DNA from: an uncultured Anaerolineales bacterium
Lineage (GTDB): Bacteria; Chloroflexota; Anaerolineae; UBA1429
Assembly (NCBI GenBank): GCA_964482225.1
Contig: CAYZWT010000019.1
Coordinates: 3,909-67,908, forward strand
Direction of reading: 5' to 3'
DNA length: 64,000 bases
Shown here: positions 42,763 through 50,929 of the stretch, in pieces
How the letters are laid out: every line of letters begins with the position of its first letter
Position numbering within the stretch: the first letter of the stretch is position 1
The notes under the pieces: model-generated
Databases searched by the model: none
Seen by the model: only the letters and a program-made list of their open reading frames with translations
What the model was told of the DNA's origin: nothing
Made by a program: the position numbers and the translations under genes

Positions 42763-43950
42763 ATGCGCGTCGCCATGATCGGGGCCTTTGGGCTCTCGCC
42801 CCGCATGACCATGAGCGCCCGGGCGTTGCCCCTGGCCCGGGCCCTGGCGGCGCAGGGTCACCAGGTGCGCGTGGTGATGCCGCCCTGGCACACCCCCGAG
42901 CAGGGCGGGCGCCGCTGGAACGACCAGGGCGTCGAGTTGGAGTACGTCCCCCTGTCCCCTCGCATCCCTGGCCTCTCGGCGGCGGCCATCTCCTGGCGGC
43001 TGCTGGCCCGCGCCCTGGATCACCGGCCCGACGTGGTGCACATTTTCAAGCCCAAGGCCTTTGCGGGGCTGGCGGGCTGGCTGCTCTGGCACGCCGGGCG
43101 CCTGGGGCTGGCCCGCGCGCCTCTGGTGGTGGACGAGGACGACTGGGAGGGCCCTGGCGGCTGGAACGAGACCCTGGCCTATCCGCGCGCGGCGCGGGCG
43201 CTCTTTGCCTGGCAGGAGCGCTGGGGCCTGCGCCACGCCGCTGCCGTGACCGTGGCCAGCCGCGCGCTGCAGAGCCTCGCCTGGGGGCTGGGGGTCGCGC
43301 CAGAGCGGGTGCACCACCTGCCCAACGGCCCCCGCGCCTGGCCCGCCGGCGAGGGCGACGTGGTGCGGGCGCGCTATGGGCTGGGGGATGCCCCGGTGGT
43401 GCTGCTCTATACCCGCTTTTTCGAGTACGAACCAAGTTGCCTGGTGGAGACGTTTCGGCGCATCCACGCCGCCCTGCCCCAGGCGCGGCTGCTGGTGGTG
43501 GGCCAGGGGCTCTCGCCGGAGGATGAGGACGTTTTCTCGCAGCAGGTCGCCCAGGCCGGGCTGGAGGCCAGCGTAACGCGGGCCGGCTGGGTGCAGGAGG
43601 ATGCGCTGCCCGATCATTTTGCCGCCGCCGACCTGGCCCTCTATCCCTTTGCCGATACGCTGATCAACCGCTGTAAGTGCCCCGTCAAGCTGGTGGACCT
43701 GCTCTATAGCGGCGTGCCCGTGGTGGCCGCCGCCGTGGGCGAGATCCGCGAATACATCCGCCACGGCGAGACGGGCCTGTTGATGCCCCCCGGCGCGCCC
43801 GAGCGCATGGCCGAGGCGGCCATCGCCCTGCTGCGCGACCCGGCCCGGCGCGCCGCCCTGGCCGAGCGGGCCGCCGCCGAGATGCGCACACTCTACGCCT
43901 GGGAGGCCCTGGCCGAGCGCCTGGTAGAGGTGTACGAAAGCTCCGTGTGA
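42763..43950 (+). CDS. glycosyltransferase family 4 (GT-B)
   Basis: MRVAMIGAFGL N-terminus. The C-terminal ..GETGLLMPPG.. block is typical of the GT4 donor site. Confidence 0.85.
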   Translation: MRVAMIGAFGLSPRMTMSARALPLARALAAQGHQVRVVMPPWHTPEQGGRRWNDQGVELEYVPLSPRIPGLSAAAISWRLLARALDHRPDVVHIFKPKAFAGLAGWLLWHAGRLGLARAPLVVDEDDWEGPGGWNETLAYPRAARALFAWQERWGLRHAAAVTVASRALQSLAWGLGVAPERVHHLPNGPRAWPAGEGDVVRARYGLGDAPVVLLYTRFFEYEPSCLVETFRRIHAALPQARLLVVGQGLSPEDEDVFSQQVAQAGLEASVTRAGWVQEDALPDHFAAADLALYPFADTLINRCKCPVKLVDLLYSGVPVVAAAVGEIREYIRHGETGLLMPPGAPERMAEAAIALLRDPARRAALAERAAAEMRTLYAWEALAERLVEVYESSV

Positions 43951-43999
43951 GAGCGACCAACGATCAGAACCCGCGCCGACATCCGAAAGGAGACAGATC

Positions 44000-44929
44000 A
44001 TGCAGCCCTATGCTCGTCCCGCCGCAGAGGAACGCCTGCGCCTGCTAGCGCCGCCCCAGGGGCGCAAGCCTATCGTCCTGGATACCGATACCTACAACGA
44101 GATAGACGACCAGTTTGCCCTGGTCTATGCCCTGCTCTCGCCGGAGGTGGACCTGCAGGCGGTGTATGCCGCGCCGTTCCACAACAGCCGCTCGTCCGGC
44201 CCCGGCGATGGCATGGAAAAGAGCTATGAGGAGATCCTGCGCATCCTGTCGTTCATGGAGCGGGAGGCCGAGGGGCTGGCCTACCGCGGCTCGGCGGCCT
44301 GGCTGCCCGTGCCAGGCGAGCCGGTGCGCAGCCCCGCCGTGGACGACCTGATCGCCAGGGCTAAGGAGGAGCGCGATGGCCCGCTCTACGTCCTGGCCGT
44401 CGGCGCCATCACCAACGTGGCCTCGGCGCTGCTGCTGGCGCCCGAGATCGCCTCGCGCATCGTCGTCGTCTGGCTGGGCGGGCACCCCACCTATTGGCCC
44501 GATACCCGCGAGTTCAACCTGGCGGGCGATCCCCTGGCCTCGCGCACGGTGCTGGATTGCGGCGTTCCCCTGGTGATGCTGCCCTGCGCCCTGGTGACGG
44601 AGCAACTGCGCACCACGCTGCCCGAGATGGAACGCTATGTCAAGGGCAAGGGCGCCGTGGGCGATTACCTCTATAGCATCTATGAGGCGTACATGGACGA
44701 CCATTACGCCCGCTCCAAGGTGATCTGGGATATCAGCGCCGTGGCCTACATGATCAACCCGGGCTGGCTGCCCTCCGAGCTGCGCCCCTCACCCGTGCTG
44801 CGAGACGACATCACCTGGGGGCCGGAGGACGCCGAGCGGCACCCGGTGCGCATCGTGCGGCACGTCAACCGGGATGCCGTCTTTGGTGACCTGTTCCGCA
44901 AGCTGGAGGTTGCCCAGACCGCACGCTGA
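44000..44929 (+). CDS. nucleoside hydrolase (IUNH family)
   Basis: IVLDTDTYNEIDDQFALVYAL aspartate cluster. 309 aa. Confidence 0.88.
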   Translation: MQPYARPAAEERLRLLAPPQGRKPIVLDTDTYNEIDDQFALVYALLSPEVDLQAVYAAPFHNSRSSGPGDGMEKSYEEILRILSFMEREAEGLAYRGSAAWLPVPGEPVRSPAVDDLIARAKEERDGPLYVLAVGAITNVASALLLAPEIASRIVVVWLGGHPTYWPDTREFNLAGDPLASRTVLDCGVPLVMLPCALVTEQLRTTLPEMERYVKGKGAVGDYLYSIYEAYMDDHYARSKVIWDISAVAYMINPGWLPSELRPSPVLRDDITWGPEDAERHPVRIVRHVNRDAVFGDLFRKLEVAQTAR

Positions 44930-44938
44930 TCGCATACT

Positions 44939-44982
44939 GCGTTGGAACGTTTGAACGTGCTAACGTTCGAACGTTCCAACGC
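44939..44982. repeat. 20-bp inverted repeat rich in AACGTT between convergent genes
   Basis: GCGTTGGAACGTTTGAACGT-GCTA-ACGTTCGAACGTTCCAACGC (one mismatch). The right arm encodes the last residues (GVGTFER*) of the ARH-fusion gene. Confidence 0.85.
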
Positions 44983-47080
44983 CCGCCGGCGCCACCGCCA
45001 CATCCTCGACCCCGATGCGGCCCTCCTCGATCAGGATCGCCATGGCCCCGCCGTCCAGGTCGCTGGCGTCCACCAGGTCGAACAGCACGTCGCCATCCAC
45101 CGAGCCGATCAGGCGACTGCCCTGGACGGTCAGCTCCAGCCGGTAGGGCCGGTAGAGTTCCCAGTCATAGGGGCGCTCGGCCAGTACGGCCCGGCCATAG
45201 CGCTGGCGCACCAGCCGCGCCACGCCCGGGGCCAGTTCCAGGGCAACATAGCGCTGCAACCCTTGCACCCGCGCGGCCAGCCCCATCGAGCGGGCCAGGT
45301 TGGCCGTGAGGGTGGCCGTCACGGTGTAATCGCGCCAATCCCGCGTCCCCTGAATCCACAAGCCGCGCCCCTCATTCTGGATCAACCGGTAGGGTTCCTC
45401 GGGGTGGGTGGCGGCGGCGCTGCATGCCTGGGTCCAGGCGCCGAACCAGCGGAGGCCCGCATGGGCGGGGGCGGCCAGGCGCACATCGGGGGCGCCCTCC
45501 CAGGTGAGCCAATCCAGATAGACGGCGCCATCCATGCGCTCAACCGAGCTCAACTCCACGCCCACCCAGGCGATGGGGCAGCCAGTGGGAACCTCCACGC
45601 GCCAGGCTGTCTCGATCTCGGCGCCGGGCGCCAGGGCAAACATTGGGCCGTAAAAGAGAGTCAGGGCGTCCTCGGCGCCGTAGGCTTTGACGAACAGCCT
45701 GCCCTGGACGGCGCGGGTGTTGGCGGCATCGGCGGAGAGGCGGGCGCGCAGCATCTGCCCCGGGAACAGCGTGGGCGAGGCCACCATGCGATAGCCCCCC
45801 GAGGCGGCCAGGCTGGGGTAAGTCTCACGCTGGGCTCGGGCGATGCGCCCCTGGGCCAGGGCCGTCAGGCGCAGCGCCAGGCTTCGGCTGCCCGCGCGGC
45901 TGTGGCCGGGCACATTCTCCAGGGCCAGCACCCCCTGGCACGCGGGGCTGTCCTCGGCGACGAACCCTTGCAGCGAGCCGGGCAGCTCGAAATGGTAGCG
46001 GGCGCCGCCCTTTAGCGCGGGCAGCGGCGCGCCCCAGAGCGAGCAGCCCACGGCGGCCACCCGGTGCGCCTCGGTTGCGGCGTCGGTGACGGCCTGGCCC
46101 ACATCCGCCGTGGGCAGGTACATCCGGTCGGCCACGGGGCCGCGCCAGTCGGGGCCCGCCTCCAGCCCCGCCAGGCCGTGGGCCACCCCCAGCACGCAGC
46201 CCACGTTGCCCGAGTTACAATCGGTATCCCAGCCAGCGGTGTTGACCACCGTCATGCCCCGTTGAAAGCTGCCGCCGCTATAGAGCAGCGCCAGGATCAC
46301 CACGGCGTGGTTGGGGATGATGTGGCAGTTGCCGCCATACTTGTCATAGCCATAGTGGGCCTCGATCTGGGCGAATGCCTCGTACCAGCTCTCGTAGCGG
46401 GCGTGCCAGGCGCGCACGTCCTGGATCACGCGATAGATCAGCGACGTGGCGGGGATCTGGGCCGCAGCGACATCCAGCAGGGCGGGGATCTCGGGCTCGG
46501 CAAAGGCCTGGGCTGCCAGGGCGGCCACCACCTGGGCGCCATAGATGGCCTCGCCATCGTGGCTGACGCTGGCGGCGCGGCGGGCCAGGTCGGCGGCCCG
46601 CTCCGGATCGCCGGGACAGATCAGGCCCCAGCCGTCAATAAAGATCTGCGCCCCGATCTGCTCGGCCACCACGGGGCCGTTGAGGGCGATGGAGCCGCTC
46701 TGGGGCGCGGGGATGCCCGCCTTGAGCCGCAGGTAGGCGGTGTGCTCGGTGGACATGCCCATGCCGCCCCACCAGAGGATGGTCTGGTTCTCGATCAGGT
46801 AATCGAGCCAGGTCTGGCCGATCTGCTCGGGCGTGAGGGCCAGGCCCACGCCATGATCGGGCATGGCCCGCAAAAAGGCGAACGTGCCCGAGATGTCATC
46901 GTCAATGACGATCAGCGGTTTGCTCAGCCTTTCATGGACATAGTATTGGATCTCGCCCAGCTCGGTCAGGATACGCTGGTGGCTCCAGCCCTCAAAGGGA
47001 CGCCCCACGTACACGCCAATGATCTTGCCCAGCACCCCGGCATAGACCCGCTCCAGATAGTCAGTGGGAATGGTCGCCAT
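44960..47080 (-). CDS. ADP-ribosylglycohydrolase-family domain fused to a ~370-aa C-terminal beta-rich (lectin/jelly-roll-like) region
   Basis: N-terminal ARH landmarks YAGVLGKIIGVYVGRPFEGW and AGWDTDCNSGNVGCVLGVAHG. The C-terminal part has the WRDYTVTATL..GLAARVQG..YVALEL pattern suggestive of a concanavalin-like fold. GGAGGGGG SD. Confidence 0.78.
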   Translation of the reverse strand: MATIPTDYLERVYAGVLGKIIGVYVGRPFEGWSHQRILTELGEIQYYVHERLSKPLIVIDDDISGTFAFLRAMPDHGVGLALTPEQIGQTWLDYLIENQTILWWGGMGMSTEHTAYLRLKAGIPAPQSGSIALNGPVVAEQIGAQIFIDGWGLICPGDPERAADLARRAASVSHDGEAIYGAQVVAALAAQAFAEPEIPALLDVAAAQIPATSLIYRVIQDVRAWHARYESWYEAFAQIEAHYGYDKYGGNCHIIPNHAVVILALLYSGGSFQRGMTVVNTAGWDTDCNSGNVGCVLGVAHGLAGLEAGPDWRGPVADRMYLPTADVGQAVTDAATEAHRVAAVGCSLWGAPLPALKGGARYHFELPGSLQGFVAEDSPACQGVLALENVPGHSRAGSRSLALRLTALAQGRIARAQRETYPSLAASGGYRMVASPTLFPGQMLRARLSADAANTRAVQGRLFVKAYGAEDALTLFYGPMFALAPGAEIETAWRVEVPTGCPIAWVGVELSSVERMDGAVYLDWLTWEGAPDVRLAAPAHAGLRWFGAWTQACSAAATHPEEPYRLIQNEGRGLWIQGTRDWRDYTVTATLTANLARSMGLAARVQGLQRYVALELAPGVARLVRQRYGRAVLAERPYDWELYRPYRLELTVQGSRLIGSVDGDVLFDLVDASDLDGGAMAILIEEGRIGVEDVAVAPAGVGTFER

Positions 47081-47107
47081 TGGCCCCCTCCGTGTATGAT
47101 GCTTGGT

Positions 47108-48541
47108 TCATTCTCGCGAACTCCGGTCCCGTGGCGTGATGCGCAACACCACCGCATGCTCGCAGGGTGCCTCTGCAGGGAGCCTGACGCGCAACCCGCG
47201 CACGCCCTGCGACCACTGGAGCGGCCCGGCAACGCCCAGCATCTCGACCGAGCCGATGGCCTGGGGGTACAGTTTCAGGTGGGCGCCCAAGGACTGGATC
47301 GTGACCTCGCCGCGCGCGGGCCAGCCAAGGACGATGGCATATAGGGTATCGCCTTTGGTGGTAAAACGGATATCCCGCTCGCCAAAGGCTGCGCGCTTGG
47401 TATCGGCAAAGGAACCACTGACTATCTCCGTAGGCCCCTCGCCATAGACGCGCCAGGGGCGCGTGCCATAGATCGCCTCTCCGTTCAGGGCCAGCCAGCG
47501 CCCCATCTCTAGCAGAATCTCTTGCTCCGGCTCGGGGATCACGCCATCGGGGCGCGGCCCGATATTCAGGAGCAGGGCCCCATTCTTGCTGACGATATCC
47601 ACCAGATCGCCGATCAGGGCGGTGGCCGTCTTGTAGTCCTGGTTCTGCACATAGCCCCAAGAGTTCTTGGAGACCGATGTGTCGGTTTGCCAGAACAGGG
47701 GGCGGATGTCGGCCAGTTGCCCCCGCTCGACGTCATAGACCGCTGCGCCATCGGGAAAGGCGCCGTGCTTGTAATTGATGGCCACACCCCGCTGCCACTG
47801 GGCGCCCCGGTTATAGTAATAGGCCGCAAAGCGACGCAGGTAGGGCGCAAAGGCGGGCTGCTCGATCCACCAATCGAACCAGACCAGTTGCGGCTGGTAC
47901 TTGTCCACCAGCTCGCAGGTGCGCGCCAACCAATCTTCTAGAAAGGCTTCGTGGGGCTCGGTGCTGCGGGGTTGGGCGGGGCCATACAGCCCGGCGTAGC
48001 GCGGGTCCTGCACATCCGAATCGAACTGCATGCCGCCATCGTAGAACCACCAATGTTCGGCCCGGTGGCTGGAAAGGCCCAAGACGAGCCACTGGCGGCG
48101 CACCGCCTCGGCCAGCTCTCCGATCAGGTCGCGGCGCGGCCCCATCTTGGCCGCGCACCAATCCGAGAGGCCGCAATCGTACATGGCGAACCCGTCGTGG
48201 TGCTCGGCAACGGGCACCACGAACTTGGCGCCCGCCTGGCGAAAGAGCCCGGCCCATTGGTCCGGGTCAAACCGCTCGGCTGTAAAGAGGGGGATCAGGT
48301 CCTTGTAGCCAAAGCGGGCCTGCGGCCCGTGGGTGGTCACATGGTGCTCATATTCGGGCGTGCCCTGCACATACATGTTGCGCGGGTACCATTCGTTCCC
48401 AAAGGCCGCCGCCGCATAGAGCCCCCAGTGGATAAAGATCCCAAACTTGGCATCCTGGTACCATTGAGGGATCTGATAGTCCAACAACGACTCCCAGGTC
48501 GGCTGAAACGGCCCTTCCGGCAGTGCCAGGCGGTTGTCCAT
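47108..48541 (-). CDS. alpha-L-fucosidase (GH29)
   Basis: AKFGIFIHWGLYAAAAFGNEWYPRNMY signature. 477 aa. GAGGAGG SD. Confidence 0.9.
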   Translation of the reverse strand: MDNRLALPEGPFQPTWESLLDYQIPQWYQDAKFGIFIHWGLYAAAAFGNEWYPRNMYVQGTPEYEHHVTTHGPQARFGYKDLIPLFTAERFDPDQWAGLFRQAGAKFVVPVAEHHDGFAMYDCGLSDWCAAKMGPRRDLIGELAEAVRRQWLVLGLSSHRAEHWWFYDGGMQFDSDVQDPRYAGLYGPAQPRSTEPHEAFLEDWLARTCELVDKYQPQLVWFDWWIEQPAFAPYLRRFAAYYYNRGAQWQRGVAINYKHGAFPDGAAVYDVERGQLADIRPLFWQTDTSVSKNSWGYVQNQDYKTATALIGDLVDIVSKNGALLLNIGPRPDGVIPEPEQEILLEMGRWLALNGEAIYGTRPWRVYGEGPTEIVSGSFADTKRAAFGERDIRFTTKGDTLYAIVLGWPARGEVTIQSLGAHLKLYPQAIGSVEMLGVAGPLQWSQGVRGLRVRLPAEAPCEHAVVLRITPRDRSSRE

Positions 48542-48595
48542 GTCGTGCGCCTCCTCTCGTCCATCTCGCAGCGGATTCTAGGCGCCAGGCGGGGT

Positions 48596-48614
48596 CTCGT
48601 CAAGGCATTCGGGG
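48596..48614 (+). repeat. intergenic repeat family 3, copy 1
   Basis: CTCGTCAAGGCATTCGGGG is identical to 48965-48983. Both copies are followed by an AAAGC..GCTTT hairpin. Confidence 0.8.
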
Positions 48615-48693
48615 ATGAGGGCGACCGGCACAGCAAAGCAGGAACAGCTCGCTTTACCATGACTGCGACCTTGAAAAGGCCCTGGCAAGAACC

Positions 48694-48722
48694 TTGTGTT
48701 AATAGAACAAATGTGCTATAAT
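48694..48722 (+). promoter_or_regulatory. candidate promoter with LexA-like half-degenerate box
   Basis: TTGTGT-17 nt-TATAAT. The spacer contains GAACAAATGTGC (48705-48716), one mismatch from GAAC-N4-GTTC. Confidence 0.4.
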
Positions 48723-48778
48723 TCGCCTGTGCGGGCGAGGCCCGCCCCTCTGGTCGCCTCGGAGCTCTCCCGCCCCAG

Positions 48779-48811
48779 GGCAGAGCGTATCGCATGTCAA
48801 CTGCCTTTTTT
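48779..48811 (+). terminator. weak hairpin followed by T6
   Basis: GGCAG-17 nt-CTGCC then TTTTTT. A T-run is unusual in this GC-rich DNA. Confidence 0.3.
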
Positions 48812-48828
48812 ACGAAACGAACCCATTT

Positions 48829-48865
48829 TGGGGATAACCATTTGGGATAAATAGGGTTATCCCAA
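48829..48865. promoter_or_regulatory. three weak DnaA-box-like motifs in an AT-rich patch
   Basis: TGGGGATAA (rc TTATCCCCA) at 48829-48837, TTGGGATAA at 48842-48850, and TTATCCCAA at 48857-48865. The last two form the inverted repeat TTTGGGATAA-N6-TTATCCCAAA. Confidence 0.4.
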
Positions 48866-48964
48866 ATCCCCCTCTCCTGATCCTGTCTACCCGCCCTCTC
48901 GGTGTGGTCTTGGCGGCAACACGAGGGGGGGGGCGCCTCAGTTACGCAAGTGGGTAGGAGCCAG

Positions 48965-48983
48965 CTCGTCAAGGCATTCGGGG
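48965..48983 (+). repeat. intergenic repeat family 3, copy 2
   Basis: CTCGTCAAGGCATTCGGGG, followed by a family-2 hairpin (49001-49023) and the perfect 10-bp hairpin CAAAGCAAGC-GCA-GCTTGCTTTG (49026-49048). Confidence 0.8.
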
Positions 48984-49000
48984 GCGGGGCCAGGGCGTTG

Positions 49001-49023
49001 GGAGGGCGGGCGAGGCGCCCGCC
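49001..49023. repeat. GC-rich hairpin element, family 2 (loop variant)
   Basis: GGAGGGCGGGCGAGGCGCCCGCC. Confidence 0.8.
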
Positions 49024-49194
49024 TGCAAAGCAAGCGCAGCTTGCTTTGTCCAGTACCCGGCTCCGTGCGCTATTGGCCGCCCCACTACACCTGGAGCCCA
49101 TCCGCTAGACACCGAGTATAGGACTTTGCTCTGCAAGGGAGCGCACCTTTTACACCACTTGACAAGACGCAAACGTCCATAGCGTGTTGGCCCG

Positions 49195-49259
49195 TTTTCC
49201 CCAGGTTGCCCACAGGTTATCCACAGGGACACGCGAGTTATCCACAGGTGTTTTCCACA
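49195..49259 (+). promoter_or_regulatory. array of five same-strand DnaA boxes
   Basis: TTTTCCCCA 49195, TTGCCCACA 49206, TTATCCACA 49217, TTATCCACA 49238, TTTTCCACA 49251. Each is followed by GG. Two are perfect consensus boxes. Confidence 0.7.
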
Positions 49260-49338
49260 GGGCCAGGGCGCACGTCGTATCAGTTCAGAATTGGGGGGGA
49301 AAGAGGCCAACACGTTGGGGACGGCGGCAGCGAACCGT

Positions 49339-49361
49339 GGAGGGCGGGCGTCTCGCCCGCC
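49339..49361. repeat. GC-rich hairpin element, family 2
   Basis: GGAGGGCGGGCGTCTCGCCCGCC, identical to 35815-35837. Confidence 0.85.
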
Positions 49362-49363
49362 TT

Positions 49364-49562
49364 GTAGGGGCGCGGCCAACGGTGGCGCAACCACCGTCCC
49401 TCGCCCCCTACCATAAAACCATAGAAACACACATTAAACACGTATGGGCAGAACTGACGCCAGACGCATGTATGCGTCCATAGCGAGGCTGTGTGCTCAC
49501 CGTTTGCAGGATATTGGCATCACTTCCTGGTCAATCAGGAACTCGTCCCCTCAATTCTGAAC
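49364..49562 (+). repeat. compound hairpin plus 158-bp interspersed repeat, copy B
   Basis: GTAGGGGCG..CGCCCCCTAC hairpin with inner ACGGTGG-CGCAA-CCACCGT. Positions 49405-49562 align to 11458-11615 with about 7 mismatches. Confidence 0.9.
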
Positions 49563-49593
49563 AGTTGCCGCATGTCCTCGCCCTGCCCACGGT

Positions 49594-49622
49594 TTGACAC
49601 CCCGCCCCGTTTGGCGCATAAC
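49594..49622 (+). promoter_or_regulatory. candidate promoter of the dehydratase gene
   Basis: TTGACA-17 nt-CATAAC, 41 nt upstream of ATG 49663. Confidence 0.5.
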
Positions 49623-49662
49623 TTGCGGGTCTGGATCACCAACCCGTTAGCAGGAGCACAAG

Positions 49663-50832
49663 ATGCACATCACCGAGATCAAGAGCTATCTGGTCAGCCC
49701 CCAGAGCCACACCGCCGGCATGATCGGCGGCAAGAACTGGCTCTTTGTCCAGATCAAAACCGACGAGGGCCTGGTGGGCTGGGGCGAGTGCTACACCCAG
49801 TTGGATCGGGATGTGGCCATCCAGCGCCATGTCCACGAGCTGTCGCGCTATCTGGTGGGCCAGAGCCCCTTTGCCATCAAGTATTTCACCACCACGGTCT
49901 ATCGTGATTTTGCCGGGCTGCGGGGCTCTATGGACCTCTATTGCGCCATGAGCGGCATGGAGCAGGCCATGTGGGACCTGGCGGGCAAGGCCCTGGGCGC
50001 GCCGGTGTACAATCTGCTGGGCGGCCCCTGCCGCGATCGCATCCGCGTCTATGCCAATGGCTGGTACGGCGGCGCCAAGACCCCCGAGGCCTATGGCGAG
50101 CTGGCCGCCGCCACCGTGGCGCGGGGCTTTACGGCGCTCAAGTTCGATCCCTTCCCCGGGCCGTGGCGCCTGTACGTGGATCGCGCCGGCGAGCGCGCCT
50201 TTGTGGATACTATCGCCGCCGTGCGCGAGGCGGTGGGCCCCGATGTGGACCTGCTGATTGAGGGGCACCGGCGGCTGGCCCCCATGCACGCCGTGCGCCT
50301 GGCCCGCGAGATCGCGCCCCTGGGCATCTACTGGTACGAGGAGCCGGTGCCTGTGGATAACGTGGCCGCCCTGGCCGAGGTGCGCAGCGAGGCGCCCATG
50401 CCCATCGTCACAGGGGAGACCCTTTACTGCAAGGCGGATTTCGTGCCGGTGTTCGAGGCGCGCGCGGCGGATATCATCAACCCCGACGTGTGCAGTTGCG
50501 GCGGCATCCTGGAGCTCAAAGAGATCGCGGCCATGGCCGAGCCCCACTATGTGGCCGTCTCGCCCCACAACTATAACAGCACCAGCATGGGGCTGGCCGC
50601 CACGGTGCAGGCCGCGGCCACCATGCCCAATTTCATCATCACCGAGTATTTCTGCAATTTCGAGGCCACCAGCGCCCTGATCGCCCGCAACCCGCTCAAG
50701 CCGGAGAACAGCTATATCGCGCTGCCCGAGCGGCCGGGGCTGGGGGTGGAGCTGGACGAAGAGGCGCTGGCGGCTCATGCCTACCAGCAGTATCCCCGAC
50801 GCACGTTTGTGGGGATGGGCGGCGAGCTGTAG
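49663..50832 (+). CDS. enolase-superfamily dehydratase (galactonate dehydratase-like; paralogue of 1837..2955)
   Basis: MHITEIKSYLVSP..NWLFVQIKTDEGLVGWGEC, with YWYEEPV and VTGETLY blocks. 389 aa. Confidence 0.88.
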   Translation: MHITEIKSYLVSPQSHTAGMIGGKNWLFVQIKTDEGLVGWGECYTQLDRDVAIQRHVHELSRYLVGQSPFAIKYFTTTVYRDFAGLRGSMDLYCAMSGMEQAMWDLAGKALGAPVYNLLGGPCRDRIRVYANGWYGGAKTPEAYGELAAATVARGFTALKFDPFPGPWRLYVDRAGERAFVDTIAAVREAVGPDVDLLIEGHRRLAPMHAVRLAREIAPLGIYWYEEPVPVDNVAALAEVRSEAPMPIVTGETLYCKADFVPVFEARAADIINPDVCSCGGILELKEIAAMAEPHYVAVSPHNYNSTSMGLAATVQAAATMPNFIITEYFCNFEATSALIARNPLKPENSYIALPERPGLGVELDEEALAAHAYQQYPRRTFVGMGGEL

Positions 50833-50929
50833 CGCGCACGCCTGGGCCTGCTTTGCGGCCAGGGCGCGGGTTGGGTAGAATGGGCATTGTCCCTCGGGCA
50901 ACCGGTTGCGCCGCCCGAGAGCAGACGCC

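Noticed and set aside
48815-48827. 13-mer ACGAACCCATTTT shared with 11323-11335, and TCAGA.TTGGGGG shared between 11373 and 49285, as evidence that the two long intergenic regions are paralogous throughout
   Set aside because: Exact 13-mer matches are expected by chance many times in 64 kb of biased composition. Only the 158-bp block and the 19- to 23-mers are clearly significant.
48794-48850. 18-codon ORF MSTAFFTKRTHFGDNHLG* downstream of the orphan promoter
   Set aside because: It has no SD, it spans the T6 tract and the DnaA-like boxes, and there is no supporting conservation evidence. It is kept only as a remark under the sRNA hypothesis.
11458-49562. The two 158-bp direct repeats as attL/attR of a 38-kb integrated element
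   Set aside because: No integrase, excisionase, transfer or phage genes lie between them. The interval is full of housekeeping and catabolic genes (rfbB, scpA, galK, ccdA) with host-like composition. The only compositionally foreign segment is a single gene.
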